NCBI RefSeq assembly: GCF_009914755.1
Contig: NC_060934.1
Direction: 5' to 3' (one strand)
Source: the human T2T-CHM13v2.0 reference genome, Homo sapiens
Length of the DNA stretch: 64,000 nt
Position numbers and translations under genes: made by a program. The notes beneath the pieces were generated by a model. That model was not told where the DNA came from, ran no database searches, and saw only the letters and a list, made by a program, of their open reading frames with translations. Numbering within the stretch: position 1 is the stretch's first letter; each line of letters begins with the position of its first letter. This document shows, piece after piece, positions 44,667 to 59,893 of the stretch.

Positions 44667-45864
44667 TGACTCTTACCTTTCCTGCCCTGGTACATCTAGA
44701 CCTCTCTGTCCTACCCCAGTCCCCCTCTTTATCCTGAGAACGCCTGACTCTAGGAGTGTTCTGCTGTTGGCTCTTGAATGCTCCATGTGACCCAGACTGG
44801 CACCTGGAAGGAAAAGAGACTGTGCTACTGTGACTTGGTTGTAGCAAGAGCCAGCCATCTCAGCAGTTCTTTGATTGCATTCATTCATTTATTCCCTAAA
44901 TTATTATTCGTGTATTTCCTTAACTCAGAAGATGCAAGCAAGTCACGTCGATACAGTTTACCATCTTGTGTGGGAGATGGGCATTAAATAGAATTACAGA
45001 AGCAGTGAATGGGGGATGTGTATGATGAAAGCTGCGATGGAGGGGAGGAAGGAGATCAGCCTGCAATGAGGATACATGCTCCTAAGCAGGGAACTCGGGA
45101 AGATTTCCTAGTGAAATGACATGTCCGCTGAAGCCTAGAGGCTGAGTAGAACACGTCCAAGCAAACGAGGAAAAAGGCCAACAGTGTTTCTCGCAGAAAG
45201 AACAGGATTTGTAAAAGTGCTGTGGAAAGAAAGAGCTCTATGAGTGGGAGGAACTGAGAAAAAACTCCTGGCAGGGCTCAGGGAAGGAGAGAGATGGAAA
45301 AGGATAATGATGCCAGCAAAGGTCGCATCACGCAAGGCTTTGTAGGGCTCATTAAGGAGTTTGGACTTTATCTTAAGAGCAATGGGAAGTCACAGAAGAA
45401 TTTTAAGCTGGGTGGTGACATGGTCTAAGTGTATCTTAAAAGATCACTCAGTGTTTTATGGAGCATAGATATGGTATTGTCCCATAGACTTCTATGTTCC
45501 ATAGAAGATCTTTTTGGTCATTGTGGTCAACAATTCCAAAAAAAAATCTTGATGACTTGAATTAAGTAACAGCAGAAATTAAAAGAAGTTGAGAGCTTCA
45601 GCAAATACCTCAAAATGGGTGTTGGCTGGAATTGATTATTTGAGGGGAGGTAGGAGGAGGAGTATAAAAGACATCTCTCAGGTTCTCACATAAGAAGTTG
45701 AATGAGTTGTGTCATTTTACAGTTTTCAGGAATACCTGAGGAAGAAATAAATTTGAAGAAAAAGATTATACAATGAGTTTTTGACAGGTTAAATTTGAGG
45801 GACCTGTGAGAAATCAAAGTAGACATGGTTGAATAGGTTGGTAGAGGTGTAAGTCCATGAAAAA

Positions 45865-46341
45865 TGTATGTTGATTAATTTTATGTGTCAACTTCACTGG
45901 GCCACAGGGTACCCAGATATTTGGTCAAATATTATTCTGGGTGTTCCTGTGAGGGTGTTTTGGGATGAGATTAATGTTTGAATCAGTAGACTGAATAAAG
46001 CAGTTGCTCTCTCAAATGTGGGTGGGCCTCATCCAATCTGTTGAAGGCCTGAATACAACACAAAAGCCAACCTCCCACATCGCAAGAGAGAACCTCCTGC
46101 CTGACCAATTGGGCTGGGACATTGGTCTTTTCCTAGCTTCAGATGCAAACTGAAACGTTAGCTCTGGGTCTTGAGCCTGCTGGCTTCCAGACTGGAACAC
46201 ATACCATCAGCTCTACTGGTTTTCAAGCCTTCAGACTTGGACTGGAGCTAAACCATGGGCTCCTGGGTCTCCAGCTTGCCACCTACAGATCTGGGGACTT
46301 CTCAGCCTCTCTAATTACATGAGACAATTCCTTATAATAAA

Positions 46342-46400
<59 letters not shown>

Positions 46401-46458
46401 CAGATATGTAGATGATCTCCTATTGGTTCTGTTTCTCTGGAGAGCCCTGACTTAGACT
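45865..46458 (+). mobile_element. MLT2B-type ERVL solo LTR
   Basis: TTAATTTTATGTGTCAACTT..GGGCCTCATCCAATCTGTTGAAGGCCTGAATA..CCTATTGGTTCTGTTTCTCTGGAGAGCCCTGACT. Confidence 0.93.
46344..46397. repeat. (GT)27 microsatellite within MLT2
   Basis: Read directly. Confidence 0.99.
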
Positions 46459-47201
46459 AAAAGTATTTAATGATAACATGAATTTGAAAACCCTGAGCAT
46501 ATACATGGCAAATGAATTCATTAGAACTGATGAGATGTTCTAAAATTGGGAGAGAGACAGAGAAGAGATCCTAAAACTGAGCCCTTATGCTTTCCAACAT
46601 CAGAGATTTAGGAGAGAAGGATGACCCAACAAACAAGGCAGACAAGAAATGACCAGAGAGGTAGGAGGCAACCCAGGAGACTTTGGCAGGAGAAGAGTGC
46701 TACAGGAAGAATGGATGTCCACTCTGGGAAATGTAAGGAGAGGCAGGGCAGTATTCAGGGGCCTGAGTAATAGGAAAGTCAGTGCTGTAACAGCATTTAA
46801 TTATGGATTGTGCTAGCAGAAGCTAAATGGAAGTCATTTGAGGCATGACTTGGAGGTGAAGAAGTAGAGATATAGGTAGGAAAATCATCTGAGAATTTCG
46901 TGCAAGAGGGAAAAGAAAGAGTAGATTAATAGAGACACCCAGGGTCCTGGAAGGGGAGTCACCTATTCCAGATGTCTACACGTAGATCGAATTCAAACTA
47001 ACGCTCGGGAACTGAGACAACATTCTGGAATCCACTAGGCAAGCATAACCCCCACCATTTGGGGGTAGTTCTCCGGTCTCAGGCTTCTGGGATTCACACC
47101 CAATATCTATGCCAGTGGGCTTTAATATGAGTACAAGCACTTACCCTCTATGGTGAGCAGTTCCAGAAGGATACAGCAAAGAAAGATTTGAAAAAAAATG
47201 A

Positions 47202-47400
47202 GGCCAGCTGTGGTGGCTCATGCCTGTAATCCCCGCACGTTGAGAGGCCAAGGCAGGGGGACCACTTGAGCCCAGGAGTTTGAGACCAGCCTGGGCAACA
47301 TAGCAAGACCCTGTCTCTACAAAATATTTAAAACTTGCCCACTGCCCTCCAGCCTGGGTGACAGAGCAAGACTTTGTCTCTAAAATAAAATAAATTATAA
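47202..47400 (+). mobile_element. AluJ-type SINE with most of the right arm deleted
   Basis: Left arm joined to CCACTGCCCTCCAGCCTGGGTGAC; TSD AAAGATTTGA(A/G)AAAA. Confidence 0.92.
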
Positions 47401-47469
47401 AAGATTTGAGAAAAGCCAACCACATTTTTAGAGCTACAGCCTCTAGTTAGTACTAGAAGTTCATGTTAG

Positions 47470-47650
47470 CAGTCCTAGGTTGTAATCCAAGATTTCTACA
47501 TGCGATCTCTGCTTAGCCTCTTCGAGCTTCAATTTGCTCATTTTACAAAACATACATGATGATGCTTGACTTTTGGAACTTGGACAGTAGCTGTGGGAAT
47601 AAACGAGATAATGTGTGTGAAAAGATATCACTAAGTGCAAAATGCTGGCC
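47470..47650 (+). mobile_element. MIR fragment
   Basis: CTTAGCCTCTTCGAGCTTCAATTTGCTCATTTT..GAATAAACGAGATAATGTGTGTGAAA. Confidence 0.7.
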
Positions 47651-49340
47651 CAATTTGTATTTATGGAGCACCTGTTTTTCCTTTACGCAAAAGAGGTCAT
47701 TTGAGCAGTTCCAACATTTGGCGGAAGCTTTTTCACCTCCCACTCACTGCACATGAGAGCAATCATATCCCTCGTCGTGAGCCTTGTGATGTGGTCTGTG
47801 ACATACATTTGATAATGGACTTGGAAATTGAGATCCCTACGTATGTAATTATGAGATGGAGGCCCTCCAAACTCACACAACCTGGAAACGCTGCCCCGGT
47901 CAGGAAAACCCACCCTGCATGGTCATGCAACTAAACAGCCCATTGATAAAGGGTCTGTACCTTCCGCAGAGCTGCCCTGTGTATGTGAGAGGAGGAAGAT
48001 GCAGAAAGGAAGAAAATGGAAGGTGAAACCAACATATAAACCATGTCTCTTTTGTGGCTTGTTTTTGCAATTGTGTGGTTATTCAAACAGTGGAGCTGTT
48101 TGAAACAGAATGAGGCACGAACGCGGGAACAGAGGGTCCCTGTATTTTCACTAGACAAAAATACAACATCCACCTGGAAAGAGAATGTCAGAACATGGAG
48201 AGGGAGGGGGAATATTCAAAATGCAAAATTGGAAGAGCCTGCCTCCTGTAGTATTTGTTTGTGACAGGTAAAGCCATTCATCATATCACCTGAACCATGG
48301 AGAATTGTGCTATTGTATTAATTACTCTCTTTAGTGACTCTCTGAGCTTTGGACTATTTAAATTCCAGGATGAGAAAGTGCTAATGGATATGGTATTGTA
48401 GATGGAGTGAATTAGTATTTCACGCTGTGCGGCTGTCTGAAAGAGTTTTAAATGGTAACCCACAGACTAGCAGCGTTCCACGCTTTTGGTGTTCATTCAG
48501 CCATTTGTTCTTCTTAGTAACAGAGCCACTCTGGGGTCATGCAAAAATTCAGACGGGAAGGAAAGGAAAGGAGATGTCAGTAGGGATACTCTGGGGAGAC
48601 TAATGTGTTTTTCTGTGGGGCTATTTATGATACACTTTATTGTGTGCATTGACAAAGTCCCAATAATTCATATTTGAAAGGGAAATCATATGTCCTTTAA
48701 AAATTTCCAATCAAAGATGCTGTGAATGAAATTGTTTTCAAAAAAACATACTTTCTGCAAAAATTCCATTTGGGAACATGGCGCCGATCTCATACTGTGT
48801 CTTCACCCTTAGCCATTTTTATCTGCCTAACCTGAGTTTCCACGTGCATAAGAGGTATAAACAAATACGATGGAGCACTTCAAAGTTCTACACGACTGCT
48901 CATGCAGACCTAATCAGACAACAGAGAGGCTCTGCACACCGCACAAGGTGTCTTCTGAGAAGAGACAGAGCCAAGTTCTCCAAGAGGAAAGGGCCTAGAG
49001 GATCACTGTGTCTGGAAGAGTAAGCTCCAAGGCACGTGTTAATGTCACATATAAAACACATTTAAAGGGTCACCCTTTGACCCTGTCATGTCTCAGAATC
49101 TTAATTTCCCATTCCTTCTAATGCCTTTTTAATAATCTTATAAATCATCATGCCAATACTTTACTTGGCAATTGGAAGCCAATATTTGACAACTGGAAGT
49201 AACAGAGTGAAGATGAAGAGGTCTCCCCCACTTTCTAGGCTCTTGTACCCCACCTCCACTGTCTGCTGAGTATCTGCTTGTACATCTTCTGCAGCAGTTA
49301 AATATCTCCACTTCACATCTCTGCATTCTTACATGAATTC

Positions 49341-49922
49341 TGCCTTGGCCAGGCTCCCCAGAAAGCAAAGCCTGAGATAAAAGCTCATGTGCAGTATTTT
49401 ATTAGGGAGCGCACTCCCAGGAAAGCGGGATTAAGGGAAAACAGGAATGAAAAGAGAGAGAAGCTAGAGCCAACACAAGGGCAGGCTACTAGTACCACCT
49501 TTGGGGGTGGAGGGTCACCCACGGCTTGATCTTGTGGGGGCTGATGTCCAAGGATCCATACAAATGACGGTGAACTTCAGACAGTGTGTCCAGGGCAGGA
49601 AGACCTTATCTGCCAGCTCCCATTTCCCACTGGTCCCATTTTTCACTTTGTGGAAAAATTGCCCCACGCTTCTGAATTGCACAAGGGTGGCCTTGAACCA
49701 GTCCCAAGGCATCTCTTATTTCAATTCTTACAAAAGTAGAAGGCGCAGGGCACGAGGTGAGAGATGTTTGGTGTGACAGCATTAGATGCCATTGAGTTCT
49801 GTCTGCGGGAAGCTGGCCAGAATCCGAGCAGAGCCGGTCCTACAGCAAGGGCCAGGCCAGAGCAAAGAGCCTTGGACCAGGAGGTGGATGAGGCTGAGAA
49901 GACCTGAAGACCTATCCGCCAC
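49341..49922 (-). mobile_element. LTR16-family ERVL LTR (3' LTR of provirus)
   Basis: GGCTCCCCAGAAAGCAAAGCCTGAGATAAAAG..TTTATTAGGGAG..CCCAGGAA antisense LTR16-type end; TG..CA termini. Confidence 0.75.
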
Positions 49923-50342
49923 ACTTACCTGTGCCCTTGCGTTGTATTGACTCCCCGACCACAATTGGGCTTTATTGCTGTGAGAACAAGATGCCGTAAG
50001 AGGAAATATAAAACCAATCAGTCACAGAGTGCCCCCTTCAAAGTGGTGGCCAGCCTCAGTCTCTGAGAAAGCCTTAAGTTAAAAGGTTGAGGGAACAACC
50101 GACTGCAGCTGGTCTTGAGGTCATGCTGGATGCTGATCCTCCACTACCTGTTCTAGAGTTCGCTCATGCTCAGCCAGCACCGTGGCTTGTCCATTGCTTA
50201 TCTGAAGGGCGGATCCAGACCTCTCTCCATGAGGACTGAGTGTCTTTTCTTTGTTGGGCTGCAGTTGGTGCAATTTCCCATTTCTCATCATCATCATTCA
50301 ACTCAGAAGCACCAAGAGACTGCAGAGGAAATGCCCTGGATC

Positions 50343-50406
50343 CCAGGCACAAGCGCACTGGCCCAAGGCACAAGCACACTGGGCCAGACACAAGCGCACT
50401 GGGCCA
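50343..50406. repeat. 20-21-bp minisatellite, 3 copies
   Basis: CCAGGCACAAGCGCACTGGC / CCAAGGCACAAGCACACTGGG / CCAGACACAAGCGCACTGGG. Confidence 0.95.
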
Positions 50407-51648
50407 CCCTCCCAGCTCCTCAGGAGAGTCAGGACCAAGCTACCAATTTACAAAAGCTGCTGTCTTGGCCTCCGGCACTCCAACCTGAGAAACCAAGTGC
50501 TCCTATGTAAGTAAGTGTCCCATCCACTCAGCCCGGAAACCAGAACTTCTAACTTGGTGGAAACTAAGATTGCACAGACAGGAAGTGCAAATGCCATCAT
50601 TTTGTTATTGGGTGATGGATGGTGAGAGGAGCCAATCCTAATTCTCTCCCCTTGGTTCCCAGATTCGTACATCCTGGCCGAGGTTTACCCTGAGCTGTGC
50701 CTTAGCTGAGTCCTTCACAGACCAGCTGTTCTGGGTGATGAGGCACACGGAATAATGAGGAAATTATGTTGCTACTGCCTGCCATTGTTGCACTTCCTTT
50801 GTCATAAAATGTGTCTGAGATGACTGTATATGGAGTAGATCAGTAGGTAGAGACCTGCAGGGGAGGAAGGGAGAGCCATATTTTGGAGAAGATGTGTGTT
50901 CCGGGAAAGACACACTGCTGCCTCCATCGGGAGGGAAGGGGTCAGGTGTAAGGGACCTGCCACTAGTGTCTGAGTGGACCCTGGGGAATGGAGCCAGGGG
51001 AGGTGTCAGCCTCGGTCTCCACTGCTGGAGGTTAGGTACTCAGCAGCAGCAGGGACTAGGTGAGCCTTGGGGAGAGGGAGCCTATGCTGCTGGGCTGAGG
51101 TTTAACTTTCACCCCTGCCACCATGGCCACTCTGTTCATGAGCCTGCTATGTCTGCCCTGGGGTTGCCCAAAGCAGAGGCTGACTGACATGCACAGAATG
51201 AGACCCCTGCCCCTGTGGGGTTTTAGAGCTGCCACTTCAATGGTGACTTCTCACTGGGCACTGCCATAAGACATGAAAGTCTACAGGCTTTGTACCCACT
51301 CACACATGTCTTCCTTGGACGAACTTGTACCTGATCTTCCAATCTTTCTCCTTCTAAGCCCCTGATGGAGCACCCGTTCATTTCTCACTGCCAACGGTCC
51401 ATATATATTCATATCTCAACCCACTTCCACTTCTCTGTCAATGGAACAGGAACAGGTGAGTGTGTGGCTGGAAGTTCTATGGAGTTAGGACATTTTCCTT
51501 CATCGCCGTCTTTTGGGGCTATGCTGGAGCTGAAATGCAGCAATAACCCAATTTTGGCTAGCACCAGTATATCATGCTGACCAGTCTTTGAACCATAAAC
51601 CAGTCCCAAGTCATTCGGTTGATCATAAATCACCCCAACAACCAACAG

Positions 51649-51686
51649 TACCGCCACCACCACTGCCACCACCACCGACACCACCA
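51649..51686. repeat. Imperfect (CCA)n tract
   Basis: ACCGCCACCACCACTGCCACCACCACCGACACCACCA. Confidence 0.85.
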
Positions 51687-51864
51687 TGATGCCATAATTG
51701 TGAGCTCAAGGACGGGTTTCACTACTTCCAAAGTCGATGACAGGGTAGACTGGGCCTCCTGTTCCTGTGCTTATTTATGTCTTCCAGATTGACTGAGGCC
51801 TGAGTCAAATTAGGTGCCTCCAGAATGACATCCTGAGGGTATGTTTTCAAGAGCCTGATACCAA

Positions 51865-53139
<1,275 letters not shown>

Positions 53140-53371
53140 CTCTTTCTTAATTTTTATTGTTCTACTAGAGTATGTGTCCCTGCTAGTAGCTGTCATTTGC
53201 AGTACTGGTAATGCATGCTCCCTCTGTCCTTCCTTCTACCTGCCAAATATATTACCTACTAAAAACAAAATTGTAAAATAAGCAAAGAGAGTTTTTGTCC
53301 TCTTCTCATTTCCTATTTGTTTTTCCTCTCTTCATCCTTTTGAGATTGTCTCCCCAAGATATCCTTCAGCT

Positions 53372-54518
<1,147 letters not shown>

Positions 54519-54620
54519 ACCTGGGAGGCGGAGGTTGCAGTAAGCCGAGGTCGCGCCACTGCACTCCAGCCTGGGCGACAGAGCGAGACTCCATCTCAAT
54601 CAATCAATCAATCAATCAAA
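54519..54620 (+). mobile_element. 5'-truncated Alu 3' end with (AATC)n tail
   Basis: ACCTGGGAGGCGGAGGTTGCAG..GCGAGACTCCATCTC followed by (AATC)n. Confidence 0.93.
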
Positions 54621-55135
54621 CAGCCAGCAAGCAGGAGGGGAGAAGGCTAACTGCAGGACTGACCTAGGCTGAGGTCTGCTTGGGTGGAGGCACTGGGAGA
54701 ATGAGGTTGCAGGGTATTTGAAGCAGCTGGGGGAGAGGGTTCAGGCCAGCAGAAAATTAGAGCAAACTGAGGAATCATGAGCTAGGAGTATGAGACTGAA
54801 GGGAAATTATTAAATAGGAAGGAGGAAACAGAGAGAGCTGGAATCATAGACTGTGGCCAGAAAGTAAAATATGAGGTTCAGATTATTCTTAACTGCACAG
54901 AGCCCCCACTGCAATGCCACCCCACCCCCCACTCCTCACCCCAGGCCCCATTTAGTACCAGCCCTAATTCCTCTTTTCTTCTTCATCAAATTGTATTCAT
55001 TCTATATCTCATGATTTTGAAATCCTGCTAAGTGAATTTGGCTAATCTGTTTAATTCATAAGATGTTAATGGATGATGAATGCTTGATGTATTATCCATC
55101 CCAGAAAATAGACTCCTAATGATAATTACTTAAAA

Positions 55136-55280
55136 CAGTACTTCTTATCTAGGGATGTGTCAGAGTCACCTGTGGTGCTGTTTAAATACTAAGCCCCTCT
55201 GGGCTTCACCTTATGAAATCCTGATTCAGAAGCCCTGGAATGAGCACTGGGCGTTCATATTTTTGCAAATTCTTCCATTA
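55136..55280. mobile_element. MER5-type hAT-Charlie MITE
   Basis: TCAGAGTCACCTGTGGTGCT..CTGATTCAGAAG..CATATTTTT. Confidence 0.65.
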
Positions 55281-55399
55281 AAGAGACAGATCCTTGGGAA
55301 AGAGATGAGGGAATAGACGAGTGTTCTTCTAGTTGCTCAAACCAATAACTTCCATATGTAATTGATGTTAGCAATTACTGCTTTTGCCTGTCCCTGAAG

Positions 55400-56198
55400 C
55401 TTTTCTCTTCCCCATCTTCTGATTTTGCATTCATCCCTGACCCAACTTGCAATATCCCTAGGCAGCCAAGGTGACCTTTCCCTCTGGACCCAGTGGGAGA
55501 CATGACCTAAGCAGAGTCAACTGGAGACTTTCTCTGAGACTGAGAAATAGATCCGGAAGCCATAGTTTACAGTGATATTGCCAGTGTGATGTAAAGCTCA
55601 GGTTACTGGTGCCATCTTCCCAGATGCTGGCAGAAGCCTGTCTTTAGAACAAAGCCAAGCAGAGGTAAGCAAGCATGGCATAAGTGCCTGGTTGAGTCCC
55701 TGTCCCTGATTCTGGTTTCTGAAGTTCTTCCTTCAGTCCTGCTGATACGGTTTGGCTATGTCCCCACCCAAATCTTGAGCTGTACTCCCATAATTCCTAT
55801 GTATTGTGGGAGGGACCTGGTGAGAGATAATTGAATCACTGGGGCAGTTTCCCCCATACTGTTCTCGTGTAGTGAATAAGTCTCATGAGATTTGAAGGTT
55901 TTATCAGGGGTTTCTGCTTTTGCATCTTCCTCATTCTGTCTTTGCCTGCTGCCATCCACATAAGAAGGGACTTGCTCCTCCTTGCCTTCCACCATGATTG
56001 TGAGGCTTCCCCAGCCAAGTGGAAACTGTAAGTCCAATTAAACCTCTTTCTTTTGTAAATTGCCCAGTCTTGGGTATGTCTTTCTCAGCAGCGTGAAAAC
56101 GGACTAATACACCTGCACGCTGTCCCAGTATCCTTTCCAGCTATCAGAGGCAACAACACAGATTTCAGTCACTTACAACTGAAAAAGTTCTGATTAAT
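55400..56198 (+). mobile_element. Ancient MLT1-type LTR interrupted by THE1
   Basis: CATGACCTAAGCAGAGTCAA..GCCATCTTCCC..AAAGCCAAGCAGAG, and a 3' end TCACTTACAACTGAAAAAGTTCTGATTAATA. Confidence 0.6.
55743..56111 (+). mobile_element. THE1 (A/B-like) solo LTR
   Basis: TGATACGGTTTGGCTATGTCCCCACCCAAATC..GAAAACGGACTAATACA; perfect TSD CCTGC at 55738-55742 and 56112-56116. Confidence 0.97.
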
Positions 56199-56748
56199 AT
56201 ATAGACGTCGGGCAAGTTTTTCCTAAGTACATCAACCTGCTATTTGTTTCTCTAGGTTCATTCATCTGAACGTATATGAAAACCTTAGACAATTCCATGC
56301 CTTAGACTATAGCAGAATGGAGTAGAACTTCATTACTGTGCCTATTGTACAGAAAGACCAGTTTGATTTAGAGGAAAAAAAAGGTAGATTGTAAAATGTA
56401 CCTTACCGGAAGTATTATTATATTCAAGAAAAAAAAAACTGGAACTAGCTTAAGACTGTTCTGAGGATCTGTTTTTAGTAAAGAGTTTGGAAAGTAGAGT
56501 CACATGGGAGGGAATTTGGACTTGCAGTCTAATCTTGGTCTTCCCACTGTTCAACTATATGATCTTGGGGTGAATCTTTTGAGCTCTCTAAGCCTAGTTT
56601 CAACTGTAAAATGTAAATTTTATTACTCTAGATTTTTAAAACTCAGCTTTCAATTATTCAGTGTAAATGGATACTTTTTCAAATGTTTAAAATTACATGA
56701 AGTTTGTTGGTTTCAATTTAAATGCTGTGTCTTCTACCTTTTCATAAT

Positions 56749-56836
56749 TTTTAATTTGCTAAGCAAACCTTTTCGATAAACACTGCTGCCTAGTTGCAAG
56801 GTGAATATTTGCAAATTAGGGTCCGAGTCAATGAGC
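56749..56836 (+). repeat. 88-bp dispersed direct repeat, copy 1
   Basis: 83/88 identical, without gaps, to 58111-58198. Confidence 0.97.
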
Positions 56837-58110
56837 TTGGGATGTGCCCAAGTGAACAGGTGGGCTTGGTGCTATCACAGAGGGAACGGTGAGAAAGCTC
56901 TATCAACAGCCAAAAGCTGTAGGTTCACCATTGCTTCTTATTCCTCCTTAAGGCAGAGCTATAGAGGAGAAGCTCAAGATTTCCCTTTAAATTGTCCCCA
57001 TGAGATAATTAAATACAAATCCTTTATTTCCTAGGAAGCCTCCCATATGGGTAAAAGATGTGAAAGATCAAGGCAACATATGTGAAAATGTGTCAAGTAA
57101 AAAGAAAACTCACTTATTTGAACATCTTTAAAAATCAAGATAAGAAAGAGAATACCATGGGAGTCATAAAAACTTAGCTCTAGGCCAGAGAAATGTTGCT
57201 TTTAATTTTTATATAGTAGAAGAAAATTTAGTGCATGAGTAACGTTTCATTAAAATGTATACCTTTAAAGATGTATATTGTCACATTTGAATGAGGGGGA
57301 CAGCAGAAGGTAATTTAAACTGCCTGACATGCTGATTTAGCATTTCTGCAGTGAACAGCATCTGCCACTTGGAATAACATTATATAGGAAATCTCTTTAA
57401 ACACAAATATGGTGTTGATTTCTAAGGAAGAATATGAAACGGGAGGGAAAAATAACCCCCCACCTTTTATATTGACCCACCTTTTAAGATTTTTCAAGGA
57501 GATTATTGTGTTATATGTGCCCGAGCATGACTGTCTAAACATCCCATCACTGTAGGCGTTGATATAGGCACAAACAAAAAGCTATGAAAACTGAAAGTGA
57601 GAAATTCTCCTGTAACTTTTCAAACCCGAACACTTCAACTGAAATCCTTTTGCTTCATGTTGTGATTAAGGCTCCGACATTATTTGCAGTGGTTTGATTT
57701 AATTATAACATTCAAAATTCCTGTAGGCATTTATACATATATTGGCACTGTCCTTTGATTTAAAGTTTAGCATGTTGTATGGGTAAAAATAAGCCACTGG
57801 AAAAAAATATAAGACTGACTATTTGACAAGCATGCTGAGCTTTAACTGGGTACCTCTGACTACATTTGTTCTTTGATTTGAGTGGTATTTCAACACTGGC
57901 TGTATGTTAGAATTACCTGCAGGACTTTTCTAAAAATGCAAATCCTTTATACCAGATAAACTGGAAACTCTGGGGGTATTTTTCAAAGCCCAGCCCTCCA
58001 TGCTCCACAGTTCTGGGATTTTTTAATCTCTCAACCTTGACCTTTTCCCTGTCTCTGACTGTTCTCCCTCCTCTTCCTTCTTCACATGGCCCAGACCCAC
58101 TGCTCCTTCC

Positions 58111-58198
58111 TTTTAATTTGCTAAGCAAACCTTTGCGATAAACACTGCTGCCTAGTTGCAATGTGAATATTTGCAAGTGAGGGTCTGAGTCAATGAGC
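58111..58198 (+). repeat. 88-bp dispersed direct repeat, copy 2
   Basis: 83/88 identical, without gaps, to 56749-56836. Confidence 0.97.
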
Positions 58199-58609
58199 GA
58201 CAGGTTCATCATTATCCTCCCATCATTATCTTCCCCATATTCACAGCAAAACAATTCCCCACCACTTCCATACTTGATATTTTCTACTGTCATGGAGAGA
58301 AAAGGCCAAGATTGTTGCTGCTGGAGACTAGTCCCAAATCTGAATCAGGCCATTTATGCTGCCTGGTAACTTCCTTAAGAGATTTCCATAAAGGATTTCT
58401 TTCTATCAGCAGAGAAATATTTATTAAGCATTCACTCATCAGTGTTCTAGGTACTGGAAATACAATTCCAAACACGAGAGATGGGGCCCCTGACTTCAAG
58501 GAGCCTTTGTGGATAGACGGAAGCACACGGTACACATAGACAAATTAGTGAATGTGCACATGTAGGGGCGGCCGTGCACTATGAAGTAGTTAAAACAGGG
58601 TGGTATGGG

Positions 58610-59022
58610 GGATACAGTTTGGATCTGGGTTCCCACCCAAACCTCAGGTTCAGTTGTAATCCCCCATGCTGGAGGTGGGACCTGGTGGGAGGTGACTGGA
58701 TCATGGGGGTGGATCCTTCATGAATGGTTTAGCACCATCGCTTTGGTGCCGTTCTCATGATAGAGTTCTTATGAGATCTGGTTGTTTAAAAGTGTGTGGC
58801 ACCTTCCCTGCCCCCGCTCTCGCTCCTGCCATGTGAGATGTGCTGGCTTCCCCTTGCCTTCCGCGATGACTGTAAGTTTCCCATGGCCTCCTCAGAAGCC
58901 AAGCAGATGGCGCAGTGCTTCCCGCACAGCCTGAGGAAGCCTGAGCCAATTAAACCTCTTTTCTTTATAAATGGCCCAGCCTCAGGTATTTCTTTATGGC
59001 AGTGTGAGAAGGAACTAATACA
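58610..59022 (+). mobile_element. MST (MSTA/B) solo LTR
   Basis: GATACAGTTTGGATCTGGGTTCCCACCCAAACCTCA..ATTAAACCTCTTTTCTTTATAAAT..ACTAATACA. Confidence 0.93.
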
Positions 59023-59111
59023 AATAGGATGGTGTGGTGAGAAGGGACCAGCGGGTTTAGGGCACTGGTGGCATTTTCTCTAAGAATGCCCAGGGAAGGC
59101 CTCTTGGGTGA

Positions 59112-59440
<329 letters not shown>

Positions 59441-59613
59441 GTGAGGTCATGTTTTAGTTAAGACCTGGAATGTGAGGAGAGGGTCTTGGAAATATCTAGG
59501 GAAAGGAACAGCCACTGCAAAGGCCCTGACAGAGGAACAACCTTGGCCTGTCTGAGGCACAGCAAGGAGGCACTGGGGCTCTGGGATGGTACAGAGAGAA
59601 AGCAGGAGATGGA

Positions 59614-59893
59614 GGCCAGGTGCGGTGGCTCACACCTGTAATCCCAGCAGTTTGGGAGGCCAAGGCAGGCAATGACTTCAGATCAGGAATTTGAGACCAG
59701 CCTGGCCAACGTGGTAAAACCCAGTCTCTACTAAAACTACAAAAATTAGCTGGTCATATGCATGCATGTAATTCCAGCTACTTGGAAGGCTGAGACAGGA
59801 AAATCACTTGAACCCAGCAGGCAGAGGCTGTAGTGAACTGAGATGGTGCCGCTGCATGACAGAGAGAGACTCTGTCTCAAAAAAAAAAAAAAA
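59614..59893 (+). mobile_element. AluS-type SINE with small deletions
   Basis: Dimer with A tail. Confidence 0.95.

Larger units (their letters stand above)
44876..46920 (-). mobile_element. L2 element interrupted by MLT2
   Basis: CATTCATTCATTTATT end; TAAGGAGTTTGGACTTTATCTTAAGAGCAATGGGAAG and AAAGATCACTC motifs; resumes at ~46460. Confidence 0.85.
49923..51864 (-). mobile_element. ERVL-class internal region (ERV3-16A3/HERV16-like) with decayed pol remnants
   Basis: Minus strand, in retroviral order: PBS-like TGGTATCAGG (51863-51854), RNase H KEKDWKI (51353-51333), integrase AHEQSGHGGR (51143-51114), WQV..PLPS, THFMTKEVQQW, VPHHPE (50746-50729), ARMYESGNQG..LEVLV. These match remembered HERV-L Pol. 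Confidence 0.88.

Noticed and set aside
49067-49083. GGGTCA-CCCTT-TGACCC as an estrogen response element
   Set aside because: The spacer is 5 bp, not the 3 bp of a canonical ERE, and there is no other support.
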